A DNA stretch of 64,000 bases, from the NCBI GenBank assembly GCA_964016885.1, contig OZ024740.1, forward strand, positions 391,530,001-391,594,000, read 5' to 3'. The translations under genes and the position numbers were made by a program. Position 1 is the first letter of the stretch. Each line of letters begins with the position of its first letter. The notes under the pieces are model-generated. The model was given only the letters and a program-made list of their open reading frames with translations, was not told the origin of the DNA and did not search any database. Below are positions 13,871-26,926 of this stretch, piece by piece. The DNA comes from Eledone cirrhosa (lineage: Eukaryota).

Positions 13871-16145
13871 TTATATGCATTTAAAAAAAGAAAAAGTCGT
13901 TTTCAAACGATGGTTACAGTATAGAGAACGTTCAATTTTGCTGTTCAAAAGTTTGTTTACCGACGTTAAAATGCAGTATATTGCATAACTTGCAGAATCG
14001 ATGATTTTGCTTATATGCTGGCGCAGCTGCAATAATTTGCCAATCAAGGGAGAATGCTTGATTGTTCCTCCGGAGCTGCCAGGCTTTATCGGCGAGGGTT
14101 GTTACGGAGCGCATTTTCTCGTGCCTGATCGAAGATCGATGTTGGTATAGGCGAGCCTTGAAAGAAGTTGCGGTACATCCGACGTAATACCATTTGTTGG
14201 TTCCGGAATTTATTGTACATCGGTAGACAATATTGCGTGCTAGGCACTGGTTATTCAGTGGGCACGTACCTGGTTTGGTGCAGTTACAATTATTTTTATG
14301 TTTTGCAGTAGAATCCTGGATAGTTTGGTGGGGTTGTAGTTGCGTGTTAGTGCGTTGTATGCTGCTATGCTGGTGCGCTGAGTCATTAGGGATGTACTTA
14401 TTTAGTATTGCTGAGTTGAGTTTTTTAATTAGTTGTTCTATGTTAGGTGCAGTGGAGTATGAGAGTCTAATGGTGCGCGAGTTAAAGATTTTATAGCATT
14501 TATGTGAAGTTGTAAAGTGTTTATTGATTAGTGTATAGAATTGTGAGATAATCTTAGTGCTAATAGAAGAATTGTACACGGGGTTATACCATATGTACTC
14601 TCTACGTCTGACTCTATTTGCTGGTTTGCACCTATTAGTATGCCTATTGATGTGTGTGTGTGGTGCAATACTAGTTTGACTTAGATGTGTTTTATTCATA
14701 GTACTTATGTGGTTATCGTCTAGATATTCTATTTTCTCGCAGTAACCAGCTTTTCTAAGTGCGTCATTATAATATTCAGCATGCTCGTTGAAGGTCTGCA
14801 AATTAGACGACAGTCGGGAGATCCTTATGGATATATTTTTAGGGATAGATTTAATAATGGAATGGGGATGGTTTGATTTTATATTAACGTACTTGAGATT
14901 TTCATTAAGTTTGTGAAATGGCTCTATACTACCGTTATTAAGGTTGAAGGTGACATCCAAGAAGTTGACCACCTTAAGATTGTGTTCGAAGGTAATATTA
15001 AGCCCTAGTTCTAAGAAAAGTTTCCTAATGTTTTTACGTCGCCTTTCTAGGTTTTGTTTGTTCATATTCTTGACTAATAGAAGTGTATCGTCGCGGTATA
15101 TTCCGCCGTGGAGGTCCGTAAATTCGCTCTGGAGTCTGTGGGCTATATAGATCCCAACCAGATCCGTGACCTCCGCCGAATCATTAGAACCCATTGTAAT
15201 GTCGAATTCCGAGGGTCTATCTCTGCGGACCCAATAACTATTTTCAAAGTGCACTACTGTGCATCTAGCTTCAAGTATAATATTAATTTCCTCGTTTGTG
15301 AGGTCCGAGTTAGTCTTAGCGAAAGAGAGGGCCTTATGCAGGGTTTCGGGTGAAATAGAGGAATAGTATTCATCTATATCGAATTGAATAAAAGAAGATT
15401 TGTTTTTGTTCCTAATGTTATTGAACCATCTTATTGCCTGATGAGTATTACCCCATAATTGAATATCTACCTTAGCCTTAACTTGGGGGATAATACGATC
15501 TAATATGTACTTACTAATTCTACCTATATCGGACTTTGAAGGACATATTAATCTAATTTTAGGGTTAGTATCGAAGTTATCCTTATGGTCCTTCAGATTA
15601 AAAGTCGGTGTAGCTGGCGATAGGGGTACCGTTCTGTCGTCAATTTTCAGTTTCTTAACAATATCACATGCTGCGTTATTAATGTTGGTTAGTGTAGTTG
15701 CGTTTGTTTTTTTGTACTTCCTATGTAATTCCTTACGTATAAAATTATTATATGTTTCTACATCCAGGGTGTATAGATTCGATGTTTTGTCTGCCTTTAT
15801 GATAATTCCTTTGGTATTCCTTAGGTTTTCGAGTAGAGTTTTAATATCTCGTTGCAGTTCGTTTTTCCTTCCGTTTGTAAATTTGATTCCGGTTATCATT
15901 TTCATTAAGTCCTGTTCGAAAGAATCCAAAAGAGGGTTAGAGGGTGGGTTTTTGTAGGATTTGAAACCAAACTTATCGTTGTTGGTGTCGGAAGTTTGTG
16001 TAATCCTTTTCCTATCGAAGTGGAATGCCCTCCATCTAATCCGCCGAATAAATTCGTTGGTCCTTTGTATCATACCAAGAATGTATTCTTTTTTACCCTG
16101 AATGGGTATGTTTTTTAAGGACATACCACAATGATGTTTTTCCAT
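13871..16145 (-). pseudogene. PLE reverse transcriptase + GIY-YIG endonuclease, frameshifted near the C-terminus
   Basis: FIQFDIDEYYSSI, ITMGSNDSAEVTDLVG, GGIYRDD, NFLDVTF; CNC-x5-C-x5-C linker; NIVYRC..YYVGCT. After CKLCN the homologous tail (IYCILTSVNKLLNSKIE...CNHR) continues in another frame to TAA at 13871. Confidence 0.9.
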
Positions 16146-16492
16146 TTCAGAGACGTAGGTTGATAGGTTGCTCGACTGTAAAGGAGTGTGAAGAATTAGT
16201 AAATTTGTATTCCAATGTTACTAAGTAGTTGCATTGGATGGAGTCAACCGACGTCAGAGATTGCTCAACGTATAATAAAGTGTGTTTTAAAATCCGGAGA
16301 AAATATGGAGAAGAAGTTTATGAAATGGAAATGCGGGTATACAGAATTTATTAGGTAACAATTGTTTCTATAGTGTATGGGTTACCTATACCTCGCTATT
16401 TGAATAATATATATATATATATATATCCATGTGAGTGTGCGAGTACATATATTTGTGAGTGTGCGAGTACTTGTATTACTAGAGCAACAATG

Positions 16493-16528
<36 letters not shown>

Positions 16529-16927
16529 AGAGTATGTGTGAATGTGTGCGTGTGTGTCAGTCTGTGTGAATGTGTGTGTGTGTGTGTGTGTGTCTTTATG
16601 TATGCATGTATAACGTCGTATTTCATCTACTCCGTTGTAAAATTTGAATCATTGACGATACCATACCGTTACCATACTGTTACTAAAGGCTGCTTTCTTG
16701 AAGCGAGTTGTCGCTTCTATCTGTCAATCTCAGCTTCTTGTAAAAGAAAGCGGAATTTGTACTTATAACGCAAAGAGCCAGATCACCTACTGCAAATCAT
16801 CTCATCCAACTCTTTAACAATTTTAACAATGCATTAGCCTTGGACCCGTACTTAAATTATAAAAGCAAAGTGGACATCGAAGGGATCTAATACCAATATA
16901 TTTAAACTGATACCCCAACGATCATAT

Positions 16928-16963
<36 letters not shown>

Positions 16964-17163
16964 GATAGAGTAAGACACGCTTCGCATCGGCTCCGCTATT
17001 CCATCGGGATTTACCCTTACTATTGTAAGTACCGGATAAATTTTTAGTGCAACACATTTGGAACACTAACCCCTGTTATTTAGGGAAACATTTTTGCATT
17101 TACCCCCTTTTTAGGGGGTAAAATAAATATCTATTTTTGCCGAAAAATTTCTTTCTTGGCAGC

Positions 17164-18999
17164 ATGGCGGAAAAGATGGCAGACATGTCTGCCATTAGCT
17201 CTGCCACGCCCCCCAAGTCTGAAGAACAAAAAATAATTACAACAAAATTAGACATTGAAACAAACAAACAAAATGAAAAAACAAATGTTAAGGAAAATGA
17301 GCAAACAGAAAACAAACAAACAGAAAATAATACAAATAACGACAGGGCAACTTTCGCCCAGAAAACAAAGCAATCCATTACATACACACCAATTGACCTA
17401 ACTGCCGCCAGAGAAAAACTGGCCGAAGCAAAGAAACATATTGTTTTGGGAGAGAACGGAATGTTTTCCATTAACTCCCCCCCAGAATTCAAGAAAGCCA
17501 GAGAAGAAAACACAGTTATATACAGAACTATACTAAACCAGTCAAGAAAGCCAGCACAGCCCAGCCAAATGGAAATAGAGTTAGTCCTAAAAGACTATAT
17601 GAAGAATATTCTCTTCATACGAAAGGACCGACTCTATGGCAGCATTTCGGTCCTAACAAGAGACAAAGAAACGGCGGTTCAGCTTTCCCTAAGCCCACTC
17701 TCGTCGACAACATATAGCTTCTATCCCTCCTACATGGGTAGAAGAACACAGAGGGTAAAAGTAAAAACAATGCTGCCCACAATGGACTTCTGGTGGGCTA
17801 TTGCTGGCTTCATTGATATGGGCGAAGACACTATGCTGTCAATGGGGAAGGCAACTGGAGATGCGTTCCTGGGAATGGGCCTCGACATACTAGTCCAAAT
17901 GAGGCCCGAAAGAATAGCACAAATCCCGGATCGCATCTGGCTGGATGACCTTACCCCAATAGACATAATTGTAGAGGGGAGAAGACCAGCATGCTATTTA
18001 TGCATGGAAAGGGGACACGTTAAGGCTAACTGCCCGAAACGTATCCCCCAAAAAGGACTATTGCCCACACCCACCACAAACAGTACACCAGCACCACCCA
18101 CCTCCAAAAATACACTAATACCACACACAGCAAACAAAATACAGACACCACCAACCACAAACACAACACAAACATCACCACCACCAGCACCAAACACAAG
18201 CACGACACAAAAATCACCACCACCAACCACAACACAAACATCACCACCACCATTACCAACCACAAGCACGACACAAACATTACCACCACCACCACCACAA
18301 AACCCATTCCAAACAAATAATAAAAAAAACAGTAACAAATCTACCCCTCCCGCAAAAAAAAAACAACCACACAACACGTCCCTCCCACCTAGCGCTGAAG
18401 AGTTTCCCCCAACTTCTGAAGAAGAAGGAGGAGAAGCCTTCAGACAAGTTAAAAGAAAAAAAAGAAAACACACACCCAGCACACCACAAATAACCCACAC
18501 ACAAACACCAACTCCAATCAAAAACACCCCACCCTCAACAAACAAAAATAAATCTGCGCCTCCCCTCTCCGAAACATTGACAGCATCACAAAAAAAGACG
18601 TTGCAATACACATATATAAATAAAGAAAACAAAAAACTGGTTAAATTAATAAACAATAACCCTATGGTGCAGACCGAAGGGCCAAACTTTATCTCAACAG
18701 AGAACTTCACCCATTTAAAAATGATAAAGGTCCCTCTGGACCTTTATCGTTCCTTAAAAGAACAATTTAGACGGGACGTGAGCCCCCCCTGTTTAAAACC
18801 GTTGAATCGCGTCCTCTTGAAAGATTTCCCCATAAACGCCCCTCTCCCTGACACAACTCCAAATACCCCAACCCCACCACACACGTGTACCCCCACACCA
18901 CCACAAAACATCCCTCCACCCAACACACCTGATGCCATGGAAATTACGCAACCCGGAGAGGTAAGTGCTTTTCTTTCTTCACTTTCAACACCAAAATAG
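17164..18999 (+). CDS. ORF1 gag-like nucleic-acid-binding protein
   Basis: First ATG at 17164; CCHC knuckle CYLCMERGHVKANC; Pro/Thr-rich low-complexity C-terminal half; basic KRKKRK motif. Confidence 0.85.
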   Translation: MAEKMADMSAISSATPPKSEEQKIITTKLDIETNKQNEKTNVKENEQTENKQTENNTNNDRATFAQKTKQSITYTPIDLTAAREKLAEAKKHIVLGENGMFSINSPPEFKKAREENTVIYRTILNQSRKPAQPSQMEIELVLKDYMKNILFIRKDRLYGSISVLTRDKETAVQLSLSPLSSTTYSFYPSYMGRRTQRVKVKTMLPTMDFWWAIAGFIDMGEDTMLSMGKATGDAFLGMGLDILVQMRPERIAQIPDRIWLDDLTPIDIIVEGRRPACYLCMERGHVKANCPKRIPQKGLLPTPTTNSTPAPPTSKNTLIPHTANKIQTPPTTNTTQTSPPPAPNTSTTQKSPPPTTTQTSPPPLPTTSTTQTLPPPPPQNPFQTNNKKNSNKSTPPAKKKQPHNTSLPPSAEEFPPTSEEEGGEAFRQVKRKKRKHTPSTPQITHTQTPTPIKNTPPSTNKNKSAPPLSETLTASQKKTLQYTYINKENKKLVKLINNNPMVQTEGPNFISTENFTHLKMIKVPLDLYRSLKEQFRRDVSPPCLKPLNRVLLKDFPINAPLPDTTPNTPTPPHTCTPTPPQNIPPPNTPDAMEITQPGEVSAFLSSLSTPK

Positions 19000-21900
19000 A
19001 TCAATTGAGAGTTGGCTGTTTGAACGCGCGTGGCCTGAGCTCAGCTTGGAAGCAAGCAAAGCTTCTAAGTGACCTCAGGTCACAAAGTATAGATGTGATG
19101 GTTGTTTGCGAGAGTCGGATCAGCAGCGTGAGACAGCTGGCGCCCGCCTTCGATGACTTTGAGATGCACGCATCTCTCTGTCAACCCGGAGGTGGGGGGG
19201 GAGTTGCCGTACTGCTGGATAAACGTCTAACTCTCGACGTACAGATTGTTCACTCGGACCCGGGGGGTCGATTACTGGTGCTGGACGTCGGAGGTGGTGA
19301 AGGCGGGGCTTTCAGACTAGTCGGTCTTTATGCTCCCTTCGGGGCGGAGAGAGCCGACTTCTTCCAACGTCTGGAGACTTTTCTAGGAACGTCGCGTTCC
19401 CTGCTTTTAGTGGGGGACTGGAATGGAATCCTAGATGCGCGTTGGGACTATGCAGGGGCATGTCCCGATAGAGGGGGGTGTAGCAGCCTCAAGGGGTTAC
19501 TCGATCGATTCGACCTGGTCGATAGATTTCGACTAGATTGTCCAACTGCGCCAACCTGGACCTGGGCAAACCGCAGTGGACAATCTAGATCGTACCTAGA
19601 TAGGTTTTTGGTTAGGAGTAAGGATAGGGACGTATTTAGTTGTCCAGAACTGATCATGGTTGGCTATTCAGATCACAAATTAGTGACCTGCGTGGTCAAC
19701 CTTGATAGAACGCATAGACAGGGTCCCGGTTACTGGAAGATGAACTTGTCCTTACCGACAAAGAAAGATTACAGAAACCGGATTAGTAGCTTAGTTAAGA
19801 TGCGGTTGACGGGAGCGATCGTCAACAGTAGGTGGTGGATATCTCTAAAGAGAGAGATTAGAGTAAGTTCGATAGGTTACAGTAAGGAACTAGCGGCGAA
19901 TAGAAATAGGAGGGAAAGGGAGTTAACAGATAAACTAGAAGAGGCGATTAGGAGCGGAGACGTAGCCAGAGTGTTAGCGACGAGAACGGCATTGAGCCAG
20001 TTCTTTGACACGAAGCACGAAGGCTGCGTTGTCCGAAGTAAAATACGTGCTTTAGGAAACGAGGGGACCAAAGCTGTTAGCTGGGCCCGCGTGACAGAAG
20101 CCAAGAGTGGGATTAAATCCACCATTCGGTCTTTGCGAGACCAGGATGGACGGGTGATCCTTGAACCTGAGCGAATGTGCGAGACCTTTCAAAGGCACTT
20201 TGCTCGACTGTTCGGAGGTGGCGGGGGGCCGGACGGGGATGTGGACTTCGGTCCATACCTCGACGGTCTACCACGTCTTTCGAGCGGCGAAGCGGAGTGC
20301 TGCGAAGGGCCAATCACAGCCACTGAAATCGGGGAAGCGCTCAGCCAATGCAGCAGACGCAAATCCCCGGGTCTCGATGGTCTACCATACGAACTTTATT
20401 TAGCTATGCCGGTCTTGTTCTCCGAACTCCTCGAGGCTGTCTATTGCAACTGGCAACAGAACGGGAGAATTCCCTGTTCTGTGACCAAGGGCGTGGTCAC
20501 GCTAGTGAGGAAGGACGAGAGCAAGGGGGACGACTTAAGTAACTTTAGGCCCATAACTCTGCTGAATGCAGAGTTACAGATTTTGGCCAAGGTGTTGGCG
20601 AAGAGGTTGGCGCTTGTGGTGGGTGGTTTGGTGGGAGACGCGCAGACATGCGCTATCCCGTCCAGGTCCATTCACGACAACCTCCACCTCATGCGATACA
20701 TCATAGAGAGGGTTGGCTACGAACCCGGCTTTGGTGGGGCCCTGATCAACTTGGATCAATCTAAGGCGTTCGATAGGGTCGACCATGGTTACCTGGATGC
20801 GGTGCTAGCGGCGGCGGGCTTCGGACCCGTTTTCAGGGGCTGGATTTCTGCCATGCACAGTGGCAACATCTACTCTAGGATTAAAGTAAACGGCTACCTC
20901 TCGGAGCCGTTTCAAATCACCCGATCCATCAGACAGGGGTGCCCCCTCTCCTCCCTTCTGTACGTATTGACTCTCGAGCCACTGCTGCGGAAGTTGGAGT
21001 TGCTGCGGGGCATACCCCTGGAACCGGGATTGCACAAAGCGGTCTCGGCCTATGCCGACGACGTAACAGTAATGGTGGCGGACGCCTCGGAAATCGGGGC
21101 GATCGCCACCCTACTGGAGGAATACGAAAGGCTGACGGGGGCTAAGCTGAACCAGGACAAGTCAGTCGGTTTGCAACTCGGAACGTGGAGGGGCAAACCG
21201 ATGCCGTTAGACGGTGTCGTCGGGCGGTGGACGGAGGGCCCGGTGAAGCTGCTCGGGGTCTGGTTCGGACCGGACCTCCAGGTGGAGAAGAATTGGGGCG
21301 AGGTGACGAGCAGGGTGTTTGCGCTGACCCAGAAGTGGGCCAAGTGCAAACTATCACTGAAAGGTCGGGCGGAGGTGACGAACGCTTACATAGCGTCCGT
21401 CATCTACTACCGCCTGACCGTCGTGCCTTGCCCCAAGGAAAAGCTCACCATCATGGAACGCATGCTCTTCCAGTTCCTCTGGAAGAAGCGGCCTCCCATG
21501 GTGAGGAGATCCATCTGCTGCCAGCACCCTTCGAAAGGAGGGCTGGGTATGCCGTGGCTGTTGATGCGTAGGCACGCATTGAGGCTACGGCATCTACAGG
21601 TATTCCTCAACGGTCAGCCGGTGTGGGCCCCGTTTGTGAGGCGAGCCTTCCCACAGCTCGTCTCGCTCACCGAACTGCAATCCTGGGTGAAGCAAAGACC
21701 GAGAAAACTGGGCAACTGGCACACTGAGTGTGCCCAGGCGCTCACGGCTATCTGGCAAGCGGACCCGACTGTCAGTGGAGAATCCACCTCAACATTCTAT
21801 AGAGGGTTGGTGGCTAGCAGGGGCGACGACACCCTTGGAGAGTCGCTAGGCATGGAGGAGGACGAACTGGCCAGCCTGTTCGGTAGAACTTTCGGCCCGG

Positions 21901-22433
21901 GACCCATGGACAACTTCCAGAGGTCCCTAGCCTGGCAGTGTTACCGGGGGGCTCTGCCCGTTCGAGAAAAGCTCTACAGACACGGGCGCCCGGGCAGGGA
22001 TCCCGCGAAAAAGATCTGTCCCAGATGCGTGCGCGACGAGGAAACCGTTGCGCATGCACTGGTACACTGCCCGGGCGTTGCCGATCTGTGGGGCTACGTC
22101 GAACGACTGCTGTCGCGTGTGGCGCCGATTCGATTAACCGCCGAGTCTGTGGTGAACATCAAGCCGCCTCCTCCCTTCAGAAATGAAGCAGAGGCGGTCT
22201 TTCTGTGCGTAATAGCCATGATGAAAGAGGTTGTGTGGTGGACGCGCCTGAAAGGTCTGAGGTCGGGTGACTTTCTCTCCGGCCATCACCTGGTTTACTT
22301 CTTCCGATACCACTTCGGAAGAAGAATCAGGATGGAGAGAGAAGTGCTTGGTCCCAGACAGTTTTATGAAAGGTGAGTGAAAGAAGCGAGAATGGCCCGT
22401 GTAAATGGGCCTTCTCTCTACATTGTTCTGTAG
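18996..22433 (+). CDS. ORF2 APE endonuclease-reverse transcriptase-CCHC zinc finger (probable start ATA at 18996, TGA at 22374-22376)
   Basis: LNARG, GDWN, SYLDRF, SDH (APE); KSPGLDGL, FRPITLLN, DQSKAFDRVDH, RQGCPLS, YADD (RT); CPRC..ETVAHALVHC. The frame stays open past the TGA to TAG at 22433. Confidence 0.9.
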
Positions 22434-22664
22434 GTGAAGAAGTGAAGAGGAAAGGGGGAGCGCCTCCTCTCTGGGCTTCCCCCGCGAAAAGAGTTGCACA
22501 CTTTTCGGGGGTATGTGCAATCCCCAACACGCCCCCTCCCTTTTGAGGACTTTTTATTGTTATATTATTATTGTTATTCCTTTTTTCTTTACTCGATTTA
22601 TGTAAACTCCCCCACTGTGTAAATGTCCCCTTCTTTTGTGCCCTCGTGGCAAATAAATAGAAAT

Positions 22665-22712
<48 letters not shown>

Positions 22713-22829
22713 TGTTTTGAAGAAACAGGGGCTGTGTGGTTGCTGGATAAAGTGTATTTAGAAATAAGAGGAAAGCACGAACGAGGGATATTTCCCATCA
22801 TCAGTTGTCTGCTGGAGATCACGGATATT

Positions 22830-22999
<170 letters not shown>

Positions 23000-23861
23000 A
23001 CTATATATATATAGTAATAATTATTTACTATATATATATATATATATATATATGTATAGTTACACAAACGCACGTGCGTAAATATTATGTAACTGAATGT
23101 ATACTGCTGACAAACAATGGAAATGCCCAGACTTTGACAGATACAAAAAGAATCAACACACACGTACTGACAAATGCACAAATGTACACGCCAATATAAT
23201 GAGTCTGCTCTACAAGGTCGAGAGACGACTTTGGTTTAAACAACAAAAAACGACACAGTACTGAGAAGTAATATATTAGTTTAACGCTTGAAATAACAGC
23301 AAACGAGTCTTGACGTTTCTGAAACTAATCCATCATTCAAAATAAAAGATAAAATAGAAATATAAAGTGTGAGTAGAGGAAGGAAGGGGGGAAACGAGAA
23401 AAAAAATACACATGTGCGTATTCCGTCAGCCATTGGAGATATGCTGGTCAAAAGGTATCTTACGGGTTTAGAAAGGGGGTAGCTATTGTCTATTTGGGGT
23501 GGACATGTGTGTATGCATGTGTGCTTGTGGGTGTATATGTGTATACGTGCGTGTGTGTGTGTGTGCATGTGTATATGTGAGCGGGTAGGTGTGTTAGTAT
23601 ATTTGAAGCATTGGCGTTGGACTGTGAGAGTCTGGCTGCTGTGTAAATGTGTGAGTGAGTGTGAGCGCGTGAACTGACCAAAGTAAGGGCATGTACAAGA
23701 ATGTATATTAATTTCTACATATACATACACATACACACACACACACATAGTAGCAGTTGAGAGGGGCTGTGTAGAAAAGGAGGTGGGAGCGAATTGAATT
23801 GATAAAATAAGTACCAGACTACAATATGTACTGGAGTCATTATTATCGACTAAGCGGGGGA

Positions 23862-24038
23862 TTGGCAGTATCAGTAGAACATCGAACAACATGCTTTGCA
23901 GCATAGAGTTACTGTCCTTTACGGTTTGAGTTCAAATCCCGCCGAGGTTAATTTTGCCTTTCATCCCTACGGGGTCGATAAAATAAAGAACCAGTAATGT
24001 ACTGGTTAATTGCTGGCAAAAGCAGAAACAATTATTAT
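23862..24038 (+). mobile_element. tRNA-derived SINE (Nin-like core)
   Basis: GAGTTCAAATCCCGCCGAGG..GCCTTTCATCCCTACGGGGTCGATAAAA and an (ATT)n tail. Confidence 0.75.
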
Positions 24039-24218
24039 TGACTACGATCCTCGAAGGTTGTGCCTGACTGTGGCTGCAGTGAAATGATTAAAACACTAAA
24101 ACAATAAAAGAATAGGAGCTGACTTCGAGGAAATTCCACAGTTGAACTAGAAACAAGCACCGTGTATTAAAGATCAACAAGTGTTAAATATCAATATGGC
24201 ACCTTAAACGTATAACGT

Positions 24219-24277
<59 letters not shown>

Positions 24278-24279
24278 GT

Positions 24280-24480
24280 AAATATCTTTAAGTCGTTTGG
24301 AAGCCTCGACAATGCAAATGGGTAAATCTCCGGGTAACAAGGTCCGATGGTGGAGAGAGAGATGTAAGTGGGTGTACGTTGAGATGCGTGGTGTGTATAA
24401 GATGTGTGAGATGTGTAGAATGAAGAGGCTTCCAAACGACTTAAAAATATTTACTTATTGTTCCACAATGCTTCAAGCAA
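24280..24480. repeat. Dispersed non-coding repeat with local inversion
   Basis: ttggaagcctcgacaatgcaaatgggtaaatctc.. recurs at ~37020 (+) and ~59480-59615 (-). Here the ends form an inverted repeat (taagtcgtttggaagcctc / gaggcttccaaacgactta). Confidence 0.7.
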
Positions 24481-24510
24481 ACTTCAATACTCTCATATAT
24501 ATATATATGT

Positions 24511-24553
<43 letters not shown>

Positions 24554-24565
24554 TGTGTGTGCGTG

Positions 24566-24615
<50 letters not shown>

Positions 24616-24632
24616 CGTGCATGTGTGTGTGC

Positions 24633-24683
<51 letters not shown>

Positions 24684-24798
24684 ATAAAGATTTACATATA
24701 CATAAAGTCATTGCAACCGGCCAAGTTGTGGCTCAATGAGGAATTAATAAATTAAATAATCAGAGCAATATATCTAATAATTCTAAGCACATGATTTA

Positions 24799-24838
<40 letters not shown>

Positions 24839-25214
24839 ATGTGTGCTTGTGTGTATATGTGAGTGTGTGTTTGTGTGTGTATTTGAGTGTGTATGCGTGT
24901 TTGCATATATAGAGTTGTATATGAACATATATATTATACGTTTATGTGCAGTAAACATATGGATGACCTCGCTTTCAAAAACAATTATTTTTTCGTAACA
25001 TAAACAATTTTTTTCTCTTTATTTTCTCTGAGAATATATCACATAGTTACGAGTACATTTTTCTGAATGTCAGACAGAGTTGTTTCAAGATTTGTTAATC
25101 TTTCAACATTGACACTCATTCAATCCGTACTGGCATGGGAACAGACTAAAGTTTATATACAATTATACACACACACACACATATATATATACACATACAC
25201 ATACACATATATAT

Positions 25215-25299
<85 letters not shown>

Positions 25300-25348
25300 C
25301 ACACACACATATATATATATATACACATATATATATATACATACACAC

Positions 25349-25453
<105 letters not shown>

Positions 25454-25829
25454 CAAATTATATAAACGTCCCGGATTTATTAAATCAAAACTTTTGATAT
25501 GGCCCCTATCGCCGCTCTCTCTTCGTCTCCTTTTTTCTCCATCTGTTTAAATCCCTCACATACACACGTATGTGCGCTTGCACACAAATTCGCGCCACCC
25601 TCTTTCAACCCCGACCAACAATTTACACCCAAATAATATTATATTATAGAATTTACCAAAAAATGATGATTCATATTTGTATGAATATAATTAATTAAAA
25701 CCAAAGAAAAATTACTTATTAAAATATATTTCTTTATACATACATGGATGGTATTCAGGAAGCTCCAACTGTTAAGGTTGTCTTTTTTCAGGTATGTCAA
25801 TATTTATTTATAAAACTAATTCTGTATTG

Positions 25830-25894
25830 TATTTTATCTGACGAAAGCGCACCATAATTTGCCTTGTGGCCCTTGAAATATGTATAATAAAATA
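25830..25894 (+). ncRNA. Type I hammerhead ribozyme
   Basis: UAUUUUAU-CUGACGA-AAG..CCAUAA(uuugcc)UUGUGG..CUU-GAAA-UAUGUA-UA^AUAAAAUA. Perfect 8-bp stem I. Confidence 0.7.
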
Positions 25895-25933
25895 AATATG
25901 GTTTTATAAATATAGTTTCCATTTGTTAATATA

Positions 25934-26144
<211 letters not shown>

Positions 26145-26274
26145 GACAGAAAAAAAGAGAATGCGACGAAAGGAATTTATTGGACATATTACAAACGTTT
26201 CTCGGACGACCAGCTCGAGGCACGATTGATATGGTGATCACACCTGACTCTGAAATCAACATGGTCGACAGATA

Positions 26275-26364
<90 letters not shown>

Positions 26365-26781
26365 CACATACACACACACACACGCATATATATATATAAA
26401 AGTTATGACTAACATAACTTATATATATATGTTATGTTAGTCATAAGTTATGTTAGTCATAACTTTTTTTTAAAGAATACTTGTGGTGGTTGTAGGAATG
26501 AAACTGCAGAATCAGTGCTTTTCTCAAGAGTGACTCTTTACATTAGCAGAATTTACAAAAACAAAGCAAAGTCAACGAAATTGAAACAGTATTTGTGCAA
26601 AAGAAAGAAAAAAAAGAAAGAAGGAAAGAGAGAAACAAATAAAGAAAGAAACGAAGAGAGTGAGATAGAACAAAAAAAGCAACAAATAAAGAAAACGGAA
26701 AGTAACAAAGGCTAATCAGGCAGAATTAAAGAAATAAGGGATATGATGAACATGTGAAATTTAATTGAAAGAGAGAGATAA

Positions 26782-26926
<145 letters not shown>

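Larger units (their letters stand above)
13295..16412 (-). mobile_element. Penelope-like element (Naiad-type), near full length, in (TA)n
   Basis: ~109 bp direct terminal repeats at 13295-13403 and 16303-16412, a single RT-GIY-YIG ORF, and (TA)n on both sides. Confidence 0.9.
16963..22665 (+). mobile_element. Tx1/L1-clade non-LTR retrotransposon, full length, inserted in (TATC)n
   Basis: ORF1 plus ORF2; AATAAA at 22652; (TATC)8 at 16930-16961 and (TATC)11 at 22666-22709. Much higher GC than the flanks. Confidence 0.92.

Noticed and set aside
13932-13934. Possible selenocysteine TGA in a Naiad-type PLE (some Naiads encode selenoproteins)
   Set aside because: The TGA arises after a frameshift. 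In-frame stops in the other PLEs are TAG (57116) and TAA (62687), and the conserved Cys codons are ordinary. No convincing SECIS seen.
18958-18999. Consensus splice donor GAG|GTAAGT followed by a pyrimidine tract and TAG at the end of ORF1
   Set aside because: Removing this 39-nt intron stays in the ORF1 frame and hits TGA; nearby AGs do not join ORF2 in frame.
17730-22530. Many antisense and alternate-frame ORFs over the Tx1 element
   Set aside because: Shadows of GC-rich coding sequence with no recognisable motifs.
26190-26272. Minus-strand CUGUCGA...GAAACGUU
   Set aside because: A6 substituted and stem I not formed; at best a remnant.
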